A stretch of DNA of 64,000 bases, from contig OX597835.1 in NCBI GenBank assembly GCA_951406725.2, positions 29,450,001-29,514,000 on the forward strand, written 5' to 3'. Numbering within the stretch: position 1 is the first letter of the stretch; the number at the start of each line of letters is the position of its first letter. The stretch is from Octopus vulgaris (taxonomy: Eukaryota). This document shows, one piece after another, positions 1-13,825 of this stretch. The notes under the pieces were generated by a model. It had not been told where the DNA came from. It saw only the letters and a list, made by a program, of their open reading frames with translations, and searched no databases. A program made the position numbers and the translations under genes.

Positions 1-53
1 GTCTTCATCTTTTGTTTTTCTATAAATTTCAACTATATCCATCTATCTATCTA

Positions 54-157
<104 letters not shown>

Positions 158-259
158 AAGAAAGAAAGAGAGAGAGAAAAGAAAGAAAAAGAGAAAGAGA
201 AAGATAAACACATACTCACACACATCACGCATACAAACACACATTTGTATATATTCATG

Positions 260-920
260 TTTAGCCTTGAAGAATTGGTCCTGGCTCAATCTCACCCCCA
301 GTCCGTCGGTTGCGATGCCCTTCTTAAAAGCCGTTTGTAAGCCTCTAAGTTTCCCTCTACTTTATTTATTTCTGTCATTAATACCTTACTGAACCTAGCT
401 GATTCTACTCTATTCACCCATTTCAGAGCAAACCACCATTCGACGTTGACGATTGCCCTTGTCAACGCCCGCTTAACTAATTCTCTAATCCGGTATCTCT
501 AAGCTTGGCGCTCCGGAAGTGACGCGTTCACCTTCCAGTAACCGGCTCCCTACATTCAAAACCTATTTAGATCGACCGTACAGATCCCAAATTTCTGGTA
601 TTTGTAGCTGACCAGTTTGAAATGTGGTCAACTTATACAATCTTTATCTACAGAATACCCTGTCTAGATACGACCTGGATGACCTGATACGATTTGACTA
701 CGTCCACATTGGCACATCAAGGAAACCCAGTCGGTACCTGTCAGAGAGTTGCAAATGTACGGGCAGGTTTGCGAGCCTTTTGCAGTTCTTCATTTTTAAA
801 AGTCAAATTGTGGTGTTTCTTTGCCTGCTCCTCTGTAGAAACATTTCCCTCCAGCAACCTATGCTTACGTGTCTCGCACTAGTGTTCGCCACTTCACAAT
901 TTGTTGCAATGTTACCGTTT
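260..920 (-). mobile_element. Decayed Tx1/L1-clade LINE ORF2 fragment (end of APE endonuclease plus linker)
   Basis: Minus-strand translation gives PMWT*SNRIRSSRSYLDRVFCR, then AGYWKVNASL and EWWFALK. These match the L1/Tx1 post-endonuclease motifs (SxLDR, GYWKLNxSLL). Stops are present. Confidence 0.8.
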
Positions 921-923
921 CTA

Positions 924-1135
924 AAGGCGGCGAAACGGGCGAAATGCCTAGTGGTATTTCGTCTGTCTTTACGTTCTGGGTTAAAATACTGCCGAGGTCG
1001 ACTTTGCTTTTCATCTTTTCGGGGTCGATAAATTAAGTACCAGTTGCGTACTTGGGTCGATCTAATCGACTGCCCCCCCCCCCTCCTCAAACATTCAAGG
1101 CCGTGTGCCTAGAGTAGAAAAGAATAATAATAATA
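924..1135 (+). mobile_element. SINE family M (tRNA head; GCCTTTCATCCTTTCGGGGTCGATAAA central domain, Meta-domain-like)
   Basis: Aligns by eye to the full copy at 29523-29747; AAT tail. Confidence 0.8.
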
Positions 1136-1137
1136 AT

Positions 1138-1139
<2 letters not shown>

Positions 1140-1170
<31 letters not shown>

Positions 1171-1320
1171 AAGAAGAAGAAGAAGACGAAGAAGAAGAAG
1201 AAGAAGAAGAAGAAGACGAAGAAGAAGAAGAAGACGAAGAAGAAGAAGAAGAAGAAGAAGAAGAAGAAGAAGAAGAAGAAGAAGAAGACGGATGTTAATA
1301 ATGACGATAATAATGATAAT

Positions 1321-1353
<33 letters not shown>

Positions 1354-1430
1354 AAGAAGAAGAAGAAGAAGAAGAAGAAGAAGAAGAAGAAGAAGAAGAA
1401 GAAGACGACGAACAACAACAACAACAAAAA
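1140..1430. repeat. (AAG)n microsatellite
   Basis: Direct reading. Confidence 0.95.
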
Positions 1431-1777
1431 CAGCATAGTAATTCGAAACTAAAACAATCGCTTATAGGTCTGTTGTTTTGCATTAACTCAGCTCAAATAT
1501 CCGTTAAGTATACAATCATTAGTGAAATTGGTGGTTTCTATAGCACATAATATATGATGGCATCCGTGGCATATCTTATATGATATCAGCTAGATCAACA
1601 TGAATGCTGTGCCACATGGAAATCAATGAATGTGGCATGCCTAAGACTTGGCATGCATATGATATATATATATATATGTATACACACATACGCATATACA
1701 CATATGCGTGTAACTCTGTATATGTGTGTTTCTATTCGTTCTATATACATAAGTTCGCATGTATGTATGTATGTATG

Positions 1778-1871
<94 letters not shown>

Positions 1872-2137
1872 CCCACACATACGCACGCGCATACACACGT
1901 GTACACACGTTCTTTCTTTTCAATAACAACTAAGAAATCTAAAAGAAAGTGATTGTAAACAGCAGAAAAGTAGCAATGATTCTAAACATATGCGCACACG
2001 TATGTATCCACGCATGCGCCTGCATGTGTGTGTGCGTGTCCGCGCGCGGGTGTGTGTGTGAGTGTTTGTATGTGTGTATGCGTGTAAATATAATGGGAAA
2101 TGTGTAAAATACGTATATACGTAAATGTGTAATATAC

Positions 2138-2172
<35 letters not shown>

Positions 2173-2181
2173 TATATATAT

Positions 2182-2248
<67 letters not shown>

Positions 2249-2271
2249 CATATATATATGTGTGTGTGTGT

Positions 2272-2563
2272 GGAGGCGAAATGGCCAGTGGTTAAGGCAG
2301 CGGACTCGCGGTCGTAGGATCGCGGTTTCGATTCCCAGACCGGGCGTTGAGTGTTTATTGAGCGAAAACCCATAAAAAGCCCCACGAGGCTCCGGCAGGG
2401 GGTGGTGCTCCCTGCTGTACTCTTTCTTCCACTCTTTCTTCTGTTGGCCTGCTCGCTTAGCTAGCGGGGTGGCGTCATTCGAAGGCTAAAACAATGCGAA
2501 CGCATTGTGACCAGCGATGTGTAACAACATCAGATGGTCTGGTCTGTCACATGATCACGTGAT
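2272..2563 (+). mobile_element. SINE family O (tRNA-derived head)
   Basis: A-box-like TGGCCAGTGGTT and B-box-like GGTTTCGATTCC; homologous inverted copy at 58840-59142. Confidence 0.85.
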
Positions 2564-2581
2564 ATATGTATGTATGTATAT

Positions 2582-2902
2582 ATTCTTTTATGCTTTTGCT
2601 TGTTTCAGTAAATTTCTGTCTGCAGCCATACTGGAGCACCGCCTTAAAGTGTTTTTACTCAGGACTTATTCTTTGTGAGACTAGTACTTATTTTATCGGT
2701 CTCTTTTGCCGAGCTCCTAAGTTATAGGGATGTAAACACACCAACATCGGTCGTCTAGTGATGGTGGTCGGCGGGCTCTTTTCAGTTTCTGTTTACCAAA
2801 TCCAGTCAAGTCACAAGGCTTTGGTCGGCGGCCCATTGCCTTAGTAAAGACACTTGCCCTAGGTGCTACGCAGTGGCACTGAACTCGGAACCATGTGGTT
2901 GG
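2582..2902 (-). mobile_element. SINE family C, degenerate copy
   Basis: Matches 24305-24714 in reverse (CTGGAGCACCGCCTT, GACACTTGCCC, GGAACCATGTGGTTGG). Confidence 0.75.
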
Positions 2903-3034
2903 AATGTTTCATGTATATCACATATATACCCATATACACACACGTATAAAAACACACACACGTATTTATAAAAAGAGCCGTAAAGAGAGAGAGAGAAAGA
3001 GAGAAAAAAAGAAAGAGAGAAAGAGAACCAAGAG

Positions 3035-5730
3035 TAACTTAGCATCACCAATTAAGACTTTTGTCAGCCGCTCTCCAGCTATATACTTAAAGTTGTATAT
3101 GTCTATGTTCGGGGCTTGCACCACCAGTTTCGAGCCTTATCTTGCTCAGCCTATCAATCACCTGGGAATTGTTCAGAAACGTGCAACGATACGTATACCC
3201 TCCGTCAGGCATCTACCATACTCTGAACGTCTTCCTTGCCTGGACATGGACACATTAAAACCTCGACGTTTGGCAACTGACTAAGTAGAGACCCTCAAGA
3301 TTATCCATCATTTTCCCCAGGGCATGGACACATTAAATCCCCGACGTTTGGCAACTGACTTCCTACAGACCCACAAGATTATCCATCGTTTTCCCCAGGG
3401 CATGGACACATTAAATCCCCGTCGTTTGGCAACTGACTTGCTAGAGACCCTCAAGATTATCTATCGTTTTCCCCTGGGTATGGACATATTAAAGCCCCGA
3501 CGTTTGGCAACTGACTTGCTAGAGACCCACAAGATTATCCATCGTTTTCCTCTGAGCATGGAAACATTAATGCCTCGATATTTGGCAACTGACTTAGTAG
3601 AGACCCACAAGATTATCCACCATCTTTCCCTGGACATGGACATATTAAAGCCTCGATGTTTGGCAACCAACTAAGTAGAGATCCACAAGATTATCCATTG
3701 TTTTCCCTAGGGCATGGACACATTAAAGCCTCGACGTTTGGCAACTGACTTGCTAGAGACCCACAAGATTATCCATCGTTTTCCCATGGGCATAGACACA
3801 TTAAAGCCCCGACGTTTGGCAACTGACTTGCTAGAGACCCACAAGATTATCCATCGTTTTCCCCTGGGCATAGACACATTAAAGCCCCGACGTTTGGCAA
3901 CTGACTTGCTAGAGACCCACAAGATTATCCATAGTTTTCCCCTGGGCATAGACACATTAATGCCTCGACCTTTGGCAACTGACTTGCTAGAGACCCACAA
4001 GAGTATCCATTGTTTTCCCCTGGGCATGGACACATTAATGCCCCGACGTTTGGCAACTGACTTGCTAGAGATCCACAAGATTATCCATCGTTTTCCCCAG
4101 AGCATAGACACATTAAAGCCTCGACGTTTGGCAACTGACTTGCTAGAGACCCACAAGATTATCCATTGTTTTCCCCAGAGCATAGACACATTAAAGCCCC
4201 GACGTTTGGCAACTGACTTGCTAGAGACCCTCAAGATTATCCATTGTTTTCCCCTGGGTATGGACATATTAAAGCCCCGACGTTTGGCAACTGACTTGCT
4301 AGAGACCCACAAGATTATCCATCGTTTTCCCCTGGGCATAGACACATTAAAGCCCCGACGTTTGGCAACTGACTTGCTAGAGATCCACAAGATTATCCAT
4401 CGTTTTCCCCAGAGCATAGACACATTAAAGCCTCGACGTTTGGCAACTGACTTGCTAGAGACCCACAAGATTATCCATCGTTTTCCCCAGGGCATAGACA
4501 CATTAAAGCCCCGACGTTTGGCAACTGACTTGCTAGAGACCCACAAGATTATCCATCGTTTTCCCCAGGGCATAGACACATTAAAGCCCCGACGTTTGGC
4601 AACTGACTTGCTAGAGACCCACAAGATTATCTACCGTTTTCCCCTGGGCATAGACACATTAAAGCCCCGACGTTTGGCAACTGACTTGCTAGAGACCCAC
4701 AAGATTATCTACCGTTTTCCCCTGGGCATAGACACATTAATTCCTCGACGTTTGGCAACTGACTTGCTACAGACCCACGAGATTATCCATTGTTTTCCCC
4801 TGGGCATAGACACATTAAAGCCCCGACGTTTGGCAACTGACTTGCTAGAGACCCACAAGATTATCTACCGTTTTCCCCTGGGCATAGACACATTAAAGCC
4901 TCGACGTTTGGCAACTGACTAAGTAGAGATCCACAAGATTATCCATCGTTTTCCCCAGGGCATAGACACATTAAAGCCTCGACGTTTGGCAACTGACTTG
5001 CTAGAGACCCACAAGATTATCCATCGTTTTCCCCAGGGTATAGACACATTAAAGCCCCGACGTTTGGCAACTGACTTGCTAGAGACCCACAAGATTATCC
5101 ATCGTTTTCCCCAGGGCATAGACACATTAAAGCCCCGACGTTTGGCAACTGACTTGCTAGAGATCCACAAGATTATCTATCGTTTTCCCCTGGGCATAGA
5201 CACATTAATTCCTCGACGTTTGGCAACTGACTTGCTACAGACCCACGAGATTATCCATTGTTTTCCCCTGGGCATGGACACATTAATGCCTCGACGTTTG
5301 GCAACTGACTTAGTAGGGACCCACAAGATTATCCATTGTTTTCCCCAGGGCATGGACATATTAAAGCCCTGACGTTTGGCAACTGACTTGCTAGAGACCC
5401 ACGAGATTATCCATCGTTTTCCTCTGGGAATGGACACATTAATGCCTCGATGTTTGGCAACTGACTTAGTAGAGACCCACAAGATTATCCTCCATCTTTC
5501 CCTGGACATGGACACATTAAAACCTCGACGTTTGGCAACCAACTAAGTAGAGATCTACAAGATTATCCATCGTTTCCCCAGGGCATGGACACATTAAAGC
5601 CTCGACGTTTGGGAACGGAATTGGTAGAGATTATCTACCATCTCCTAACAACAACTTGAGCACTTTTTTGAATTCTGTATATCTAACACTGGTGGACAGG
5701 TTTACAAAATGACAAGACCAACACAGCAAC
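3035..5730 (+). mobile_element. CR1-clade LINE ORF2 C-terminal fragment interrupted by an internal tandem expansion
   Basis: YLKLYMSM...PYLAQPINHLGIVQKRATIRIPSVRHLPYSERLPCLDMDTLKPRRLATD matches the CR1 post-RT motif (LExVQRRATK...YEERL..L.L.TL..RRLRGDL). SNTGGQVYK (TRGH-YK-like) resumes after the array. Confidence 0.85.
3246..5640 (+). repeat. 78-bp minisatellite, about 31 units (26 codons: MDTLKPRRLATDLLETHKIIHRFPLG)
   Basis: Unit starts at 3246, 3324, ... 5585; period 78; ORF track shows the repeated peptide. Confidence 0.97.
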
Positions 5731-6063
5731 AGTGTCTGGAAGAGATTGAGAAATGAATATTGAAACTAATTCTTCGTACATTAGATGTTTGATACAGAAT
5801 CGAGTTTCTTGTACGCGTATTGCAATACATCTACTTTGTATGACATGAAGCAAATAGCAAAGACACGTGTACCTTTATCAGTGAGAAAAATGGATTTAGA
5901 AAACAGAATTTGGTATATTTTTTCACTAACGTATAGTGTTTAAGGAATTACGATAACAGCCGATGTTTGCTTCTACTTTCTACTACAGTGCAGACGCAAC
6001 AAAGTAAAGCATTGAAAATTTTCAAAAATTGAACAATAATTTATTGATTTCAAATTGCAGATT

Positions 6064-6312
6064 GGAAGCGCGTGGCTTATTGGTTAGGGTGTCCGCATCA
6101 TGATCGTAAGATTGTGGTTTCGATTCTTGGACCGGGCGACGCGTTGTGTTCTTGAGCAAAACACTTCATTTCACGTTGCTCCAGTCCACTCAACTGGCAA
6201 AAATGAGTAATGCTGCGATAGACTGGCGTCCCGTCCAGCAGGGGAACACATACGCCATAGAAACCGGGAAATCGGGCCCATGAGCTTAGCTAGGCTTTAA
6301 AAGGGCGCATTT
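6064..6312 (+). mobile_element. SINE family T (tRNA head; CCAGTCCACTCAxCTGGCAAAAATGAGT domain)
   Basis: A/B-box-like head; homologous to 16177, 36255 and 61400 copies. Confidence 0.85.
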
Positions 6313-7380
6313 ATTTTTTTAATTGCAAGTTAACGTATCAAATATAAGAGATATTTGTGAAAACTAAAAATATTAAAAATGAAATTCTTTTATTTTAAAT
6401 TTCAAACAATTTTAAAATTATTTTTTATATATATAAAGTTTCGATTTTAATTTTTTAAAATTTAAACTTTGTGATTTTGCAGTCTTTAAATCTTTTTATT
6501 GCTAATTTTCTGATTTTTATTTTAATTTTTTATTTTACTACTTTATTTCATTTATTGTAATTTATTTTAATTTATTGTAATTTATTTTAATGTGAGACAT
6601 AGACGAACGTATAAGGATCTGCTTCCGCAATAACTTATAATCAATCCTAGCAGAGTTGTTCCTCTTGAACGATGAAAGATCCAGTGTGTTTAGGGTGGCG
6701 CCTGCCCAGTTTGCACCGAGACTGTAAAGAATTTAATTGCTAACGAGAAACTCGGAGTTCTTATTACAGGTGTTCCATGATTCTATCACTTAATAGATAT
6801 AAATTACACATTACTATTTTTTAGAGTACATTTTTATTGAATTTTCAAGACAGGGGTGTCAGTGTCTTCGAAGTTTTGGCCTGCTACCCACAATCCGATA
6901 AAATGATCGTAGGGCAAAAGTTCGAAGTTACTGTCACCAACTGTATTGTAAAAGTACTATACGAGATACATGCCAGAGGCAGTTATAACTGTTCTAGATT
7001 ATTGTTTGCAGTGTTATCGCATAACAAGGAGTGAAGATACTAAGGAATCCGCGATATATATATTTACATATATTAACCAGAAAAATTCGCGATGTACTCA
7101 ATGCGCGATAGGTGAACCGCGAAATATTGAGTGAGCCGCGATATGGCAAAAATAAGCGAAAGATAAAAGACAAAGATAATTCATATATATGAGTACATAT
7201 GTACTAAGCATGTGTGTATATACACAAATATATGTGTGAATACATAAATACATGTACATATTTGCATATCATATCATGTATATATATATAAATGTATATA
7301 TATATATGTGCGTGTACATATATATACATTATATATATGTATATATATATGCATACATACTCACATATACATGCATAGGA

Positions 7381-7443
<63 letters not shown>

Positions 7444-7904
7444 TGTATGTATGTACGTATGTATATGTATATATACATATATATCTCCGTATTTATGTTA
7501 GAATATATATGAGTACATATGTACATGTATGAGTGAGAGTGTGTGTCCGCGCGCGTGTGTGTGTGTGTGTGTGTGTGTGTTTGTGTGTGTGTGACTGTGT
7601 GTGTATGTGTGTGTTCAGAGAGGTTCAGTCAATATTCTGAAAGCTATAAAAATATAATTATACTATTTAACGTTAGAGGAATGGAAGCGAAATCATAAAA
7701 GCACACAAAGAGCAAAAGCACACAGAAATCATGTTTGGTAATTCATAGCACCAGAGTGAAACATGCAGGAAGAAGCAAACGTTTCTAAGCACATTATACA
7801 CAGACCTATATGTTCACACACTCGTATATACGCACATACTAATATGCGTGTGTGTGTGTGTGGAGATAGAGAGAGTGAATGAGAGGGATGGTGGGTTACA
7901 TGTG

Positions 7905-7952
<48 letters not shown>

Positions 7953-8009
7953 TCACACACAGATATATACATACACATATAGACATATATATCTATATCT
8001 ATATATCTG

Positions 8010-8040
<31 letters not shown>

Positions 8041-8223
8041 ATGTGTGTGTGTACAGTGAGAAAGTGGGAGAAAGGCAAAGATACGACATATATGCATATA
8101 CATACATATACACACACATATATATACATATATATATATACATATATATATATATATTAATATATATATGTGTGCGAGTGTGTGTGTGTGTATGTGTGTG
8201 TGTCTTTGTACATACACACACAT

Positions 8224-8265
<42 letters not shown>

Positions 8266-8678
8266 TGAGAGAGAGGGGGAAATGCAAATATGGAGAGAAA
8301 TATATATTTCACCAATATATTCGTAAGTGCACATGTACTTCGCTTAAATGCATAAATATATGCTTCGCGTGCGCGCGTATGTGTTCGTATGTTTGTTTTC
8401 AAAGTGTAGTTAGTACATTACTGCAGATATTATTGGAATATATTTGATGATTTTATCTGTTCCTACTTAGAGTTTCACGGCACGTTCTCTCAGTCAGAGA
8501 GCGTTGAATAAAAGCACCATTACTGCGCCTACAAAAAACCGTGTCCTCCCAGTTTTACTCGTTAGATACACAGCGCTATCAAATGAAGTGGTATAAACTA
8601 TTCAAACAAAAATACGCTAAAAAAATTGCTACTAACCCAAAGATTCCGAATTCGATTCCAAACAGTAACCTGAACGCT

Positions 8679-8993
<315 letters not shown>

Positions 8994-9311
8994 ACTCAAT
9001 GCTAAAAACAAGATAATAGGTATTAACACTTTAGCCACTTAAATAATTTTATAAATGTCACTTTACCATTTTACTGAAACAACCATTGATTTGTCTGGTA
9101 AATTCTATAAACTGACAAGTCGATTTAGCTTATCCATCGTCAATTGAGTAGCGTCACCATTGAGGATTAACTCTATCGGAAATATGCTGGGCGATCTGAT
9201 GCCTTCGTTTGCTGTAATGGCGTTATCTCCCTTGTCAGGGAATAGAAAGTGCTCAGTTGAACAGAAAATGCTCTGTTCGTGGCTAAGAGTTATTTTGATT
9301 TTTATTTGTAG

Positions 9312-9344
9312 CAATTCTGGCGTTGACTTGGGCTCTTAGTCACT
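9312..9344 (+). CDS. Candidate 33-nt phase-1 microexon encoding (x)ILALTWALSH
   Basis: Acceptor TTTTGATTTTTATTTGTAG and donor GTAAGT; length divisible by 3; only one frame lacks a stop; lies in unique sequence. Confidence 0.35.
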
Positions 9345-9499
9345 GTAAGTGATGATTGTGTGTGTATGTGTGTGTGTGTATGAATGCTCCTGAACCAATT
9401 GTCAAATATCCCATCCATCAGGGACCGATGCTAGATGTGTTAAAACACTTATAGCGATAAATAAAAATTCTTGAATATTTCATCTTCCGTCTTTCATTT

Positions 9500-9551
<52 letters not shown>

Positions 9552-9712
9552 TATATACACGTGTATATATATACATATATATATATATATATCATATATA
9601 TATGCATACATACATATATATATATATACATATATATATATGTATACATATATATGCATATATACACGAGTATATATATATATATGTGTATATATGTATA
9701 CATACACACACA

Positions 9713-9743
<31 letters not shown>

Positions 9744-9755
9744 ACATACACACAC

Positions 9756-9793
<38 letters not shown>

Positions 9794-10106
9794 ATGTATA
9801 TGTATATATGTATGAATGGACGAATCGATGTAGTGTGTGTGTATATATGTGTGTTCTATGTTTCACAACTGCTTTTGATTTGAGTCCTCATAACACTGGT
9901 TTGGGAAAATGGGTCAATACATGCTAGAGATGACTTGTTCCAATAAACCCTACAAGGCGATACCCCAGTTTGGCCGCAGTCGAATAATTGAGAAAGTAAA
10001 AGAAAAAAAAACAATTCAAATAACCAGAATCAACAACATTAATGTAATTTGAAATTTTTGTAAATTCTTATCAGAACAGTTTGCAGTAATAACGTAAATA
10101 ATAATA

Positions 10107-10747
10107 ATCTTTTTTACTCTCGGCACTAGGCCTGAAATTTGGGGTGGTGTAGGAGACTAGTCGATTACCTTAACCCAAAGTGGTTCACTGGTATTTAACT
10201 TATCGACTCCGAAAGGAAAAGTTGGCCTCTGCGGAATTTGAACTCAGAGCGTAGTGGCAGACGAAATGCCTATTTCTTTACTACCCATAAGGAGCTAAAC
10301 ACAGAGGGAACAAACAAGGACAGACAAACGGATTAATTCGATTATATCAACACCAATGCATAACTGGTACTTATTTAATCGACCCCGAAAAGATAAAAGG
10401 CAAAGTTGACCTCGGCGGAATTTGAACTCAGAACGTAACCGCAGACGAAATACTGCTAAGCATTTCGCCCGGCGTGCTAACTTTTCTACCAGCTCGCCGC
10501 CTTATAATGCTTTCTTATATCTTTACTGCCCACAAGGAGCTACACATTGAGAGGACTAACAAGGACAGACAAACGGATTAAATCGATTATATCGACCACA
10601 GTGCGTAACTAGTACTTATTTAATTCACCCCCGAAAGGATGAAAGGCAAAGTCGACCTCGGCGGAATTTGAACTCAGAAGGTAGCGGCAGACGAAATCCC
10701 GCTAAGCTATTCGCCCGGCGTGCTAACGATTCTGCCAGCTCGCCGTC
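10107..10747 (-). mobile_element. Three tandem family-M SINE copies (about 10107-10270, 10271-10503, 10517-10747)
   Basis: GCGGAATTTGAACTCAGA and the CCGAAA...AAAGGCAAAGT block recur three times. Confidence 0.85.
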
Positions 10748-10829
10748 TTCAGAGAAAAAATATAATAACATGTATACGTACATCTAAGAGCATACAAACT
10801 ACAAAATAAGATGAAGCAGCATAATTTTA

Positions 10830-11180
10830 AGATACAAAATATTGGATTATGAAATAAATTCGTTCGATATTTTTTCGATTTATTTTCATCTTTATTTTTC
10901 ATCAGCTATTTTAATAATGTCGTCTGCTTCTTCGTAATTCACAACATTTTGCCAATGTTCCACTAATTTGTCAATGCTCTGACAGTAGAAATTATCGGGT
11001 CTCGTCTCAAAGAATTGGATGAGCGACGTTTTCAGCTCCACGTCGTAGTTGAACAAATTGCCTCGTAGACCTTTGGAGTGCAGCAAAAAGAAGCAAAAAA
11101 AGACTGAAAAAGAAAAGCAACAATCTGAAGGTGCTATATGAGGAGAATACGATCAGTGCAGTAGAACTACCCAAACGAGC
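10830..11180 (-). mobile_element. Mariner transposase C-terminal remnant
   Basis: Minus strand gives SYSPHIAPSD (YSPDLAPSD-like) and LIQFFETRPDNFYCQSIDKLVEHWQNVV. Confidence 0.75.
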
Positions 11181-11827
11181 TCTTGACTAGGAATTTTGAT
11201 CAAATTAGTGACGTGGGGGTGAGTAAAAATATAGGGTGGGTTATATATGTACAGGGACACCCAGTGTTACGGAAGCGTTGTAATATAGAGTTCCGAAACA
11301 TGACAATAATTTTTCTTGACTGCCCTGTTACACGGAAGATAAGGAATATGGAATCGATGGGATAATATGCTTTAAGTCTCAGGAATAAACCTGGCGGTTA
11401 GGTTTCCAGAAGCTCAGTACTTAGGTTACACGGTGGGTTATTTGTACTCTACAGCCGTGCTGAGCTAGATGGATTTCTTTTAGTTTTATTGAGCTCTCCG
11501 CTAATCGCCCTGCATAAATGATATATTTTCGTTATAACTGATAAATATCACTATAATGGCACATGTGAAGTTAAGTGTACTGTAGGTCATTCGATGAAGA
11601 ACAGTCCCCTATACGACACAGTCTAGGCAGAAGAGCCTCTTCAGTTAATGATCAGTCTAGGTTCAACCAATCCAATTAGCGGATTACAACCAGTTGATAG
11701 AATTAGCTATCCGTGAACTCACTTTAGCTACTCAGAAAAGCTATAGAATTCTATAATCTCAGTGTTACCACTTGGAGCTGGATGACTGAAAAAATTTAAA
11801 ATTCAATGTTTCTCTCTCTCTCCCGCC

Positions 11828-11888
<61 letters not shown>

Positions 11889-11892
<4 letters not shown>

Positions 11893-12050
11893 CAGGAGTT
11901 GCTGTATGTTACGTAGCTTGCTTACCAGCCACGTTTTTCCGGGTTTAGTCCCACTGCGTGACACCTTGGGCAAGTGTATTCTACTATAGCTTCGGGCCGA
12001 CCAAAGCCTTGTGAGTGGATTTGGAAAACGGAAACTGAAAGAAGCCTGTT
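11889..12050 (+). mobile_element. SINE family C, 5' half
   Basis: GGTGCAGGAGT head, CACCTTGGGCAAGTG core, CCAAAGCCTTGTGAGTGGATTTGG. Confidence 0.85.
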
Positions 12051-12198
12051 ATATATATATATATATAATGTCAACAAAAGAATGAGGCATCGATATTAGG
12101 TAAATAGTGGTTTATTTATATATGTATAATATAGGACAAACAGAAGCTTGTCATTATAGTACTCGAAGTTTCGCGGAGAATACAGATAAACAAACATA

Positions 12199-12238
<40 letters not shown>

Positions 12239-12266
12239 AATATATACATACATACATACATAGATA

Positions 12267-12415
12267 TGGCTTCTTTCAGTTTCCGTCTACCAAATCTACT
12301 CACAAGACCTTGGTCGCCCGAGATTATGGTAGAAGACACATGCCCAAAGATCCACACAGTCGGACTGAACTCGGAACCACGTGGTTGGTAAGCAAGGCTA
12401 CTTAACACAGAACCA
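12267..12415 (-). mobile_element. SINE family C, 5' half
   Basis: Reverse match to family C. Confidence 0.8.
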
Positions 12416-12416
12416 T

Positions 12417-12479
12417 TAATAGCCGTCGAGAATGCATCGTAGCTCTTCGCTCCAGCATTCGAAACTCCGAGTACTATTA
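12417..12479 (+). ncRNA. Type I hammerhead-like motif with variant core CCGUCGA
   Basis: Stem I UAAUAG/CUAUUA; stem II GAAUGC/GCAUUC; GAAAC-UCCGA-GUA site. Confidence 0.65.
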
Positions 12480-12546
12480 TGACAACTTACTGTTTGTCCT
12501 AAATTGTAGATAGATACATACATACACACACACACACACCACATAT

Positions 12547-12637
<91 letters not shown>

Positions 12638-13084
12638 CCATTTTTATAGGAAAGTATACTTAGTTATGCTAATAGAGAAATACAACAGCAAAAAATTATT
12701 TGTACAGAAAACAATAATAAAAAAGAAATTATTTTATAACCGAAAAAATATTAAACCTAGATTAGAAAATGAAAGTATATATATATATATATATAAAACA
12801 GAAAACGCCAATAGATAAAACGTAAAAATTAAAATAAATTCATAATGGATTTTTTTGGTTTTTCATTTTTTTTCTTTATTATTATTTTTTGTTTGTTAGA
12901 TTGTTTGTTTGTTTGTGTTCTTATATAAGAAGCAGCAGAAAATTTGTGTTTTGTAATAACGATGAAGTAATGATTCTATTTTGGTTATGATCCAAAATTC
13001 AGTAGAAGCTAATTGATTAACCAAGAGAATGGAGTTTGCGCATGGAAGCAATATAAACAATACAATTCGTTCTCGCCAGTCTTT

Positions 13085-13825
<741 letters not shown>

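Noticed and set aside
2272-2345. tRNA gene
   Set aside because: It is the tRNA-derived head of a multi-copy SINE; the same applies to the other SINE heads.
3246-5640. CRISPR-like regular array
   Set aside because: No unique spacers; whole units repeat; eukaryotic LINE origin is evident.
11265-11770. Possible gypsy RT remnant (AQYLGYTVG) or solo LTR sharing ACGACACAGTCTxGGCAGAA with about 15477
   Set aside because: Similarity too short and termini too uncertain to call.
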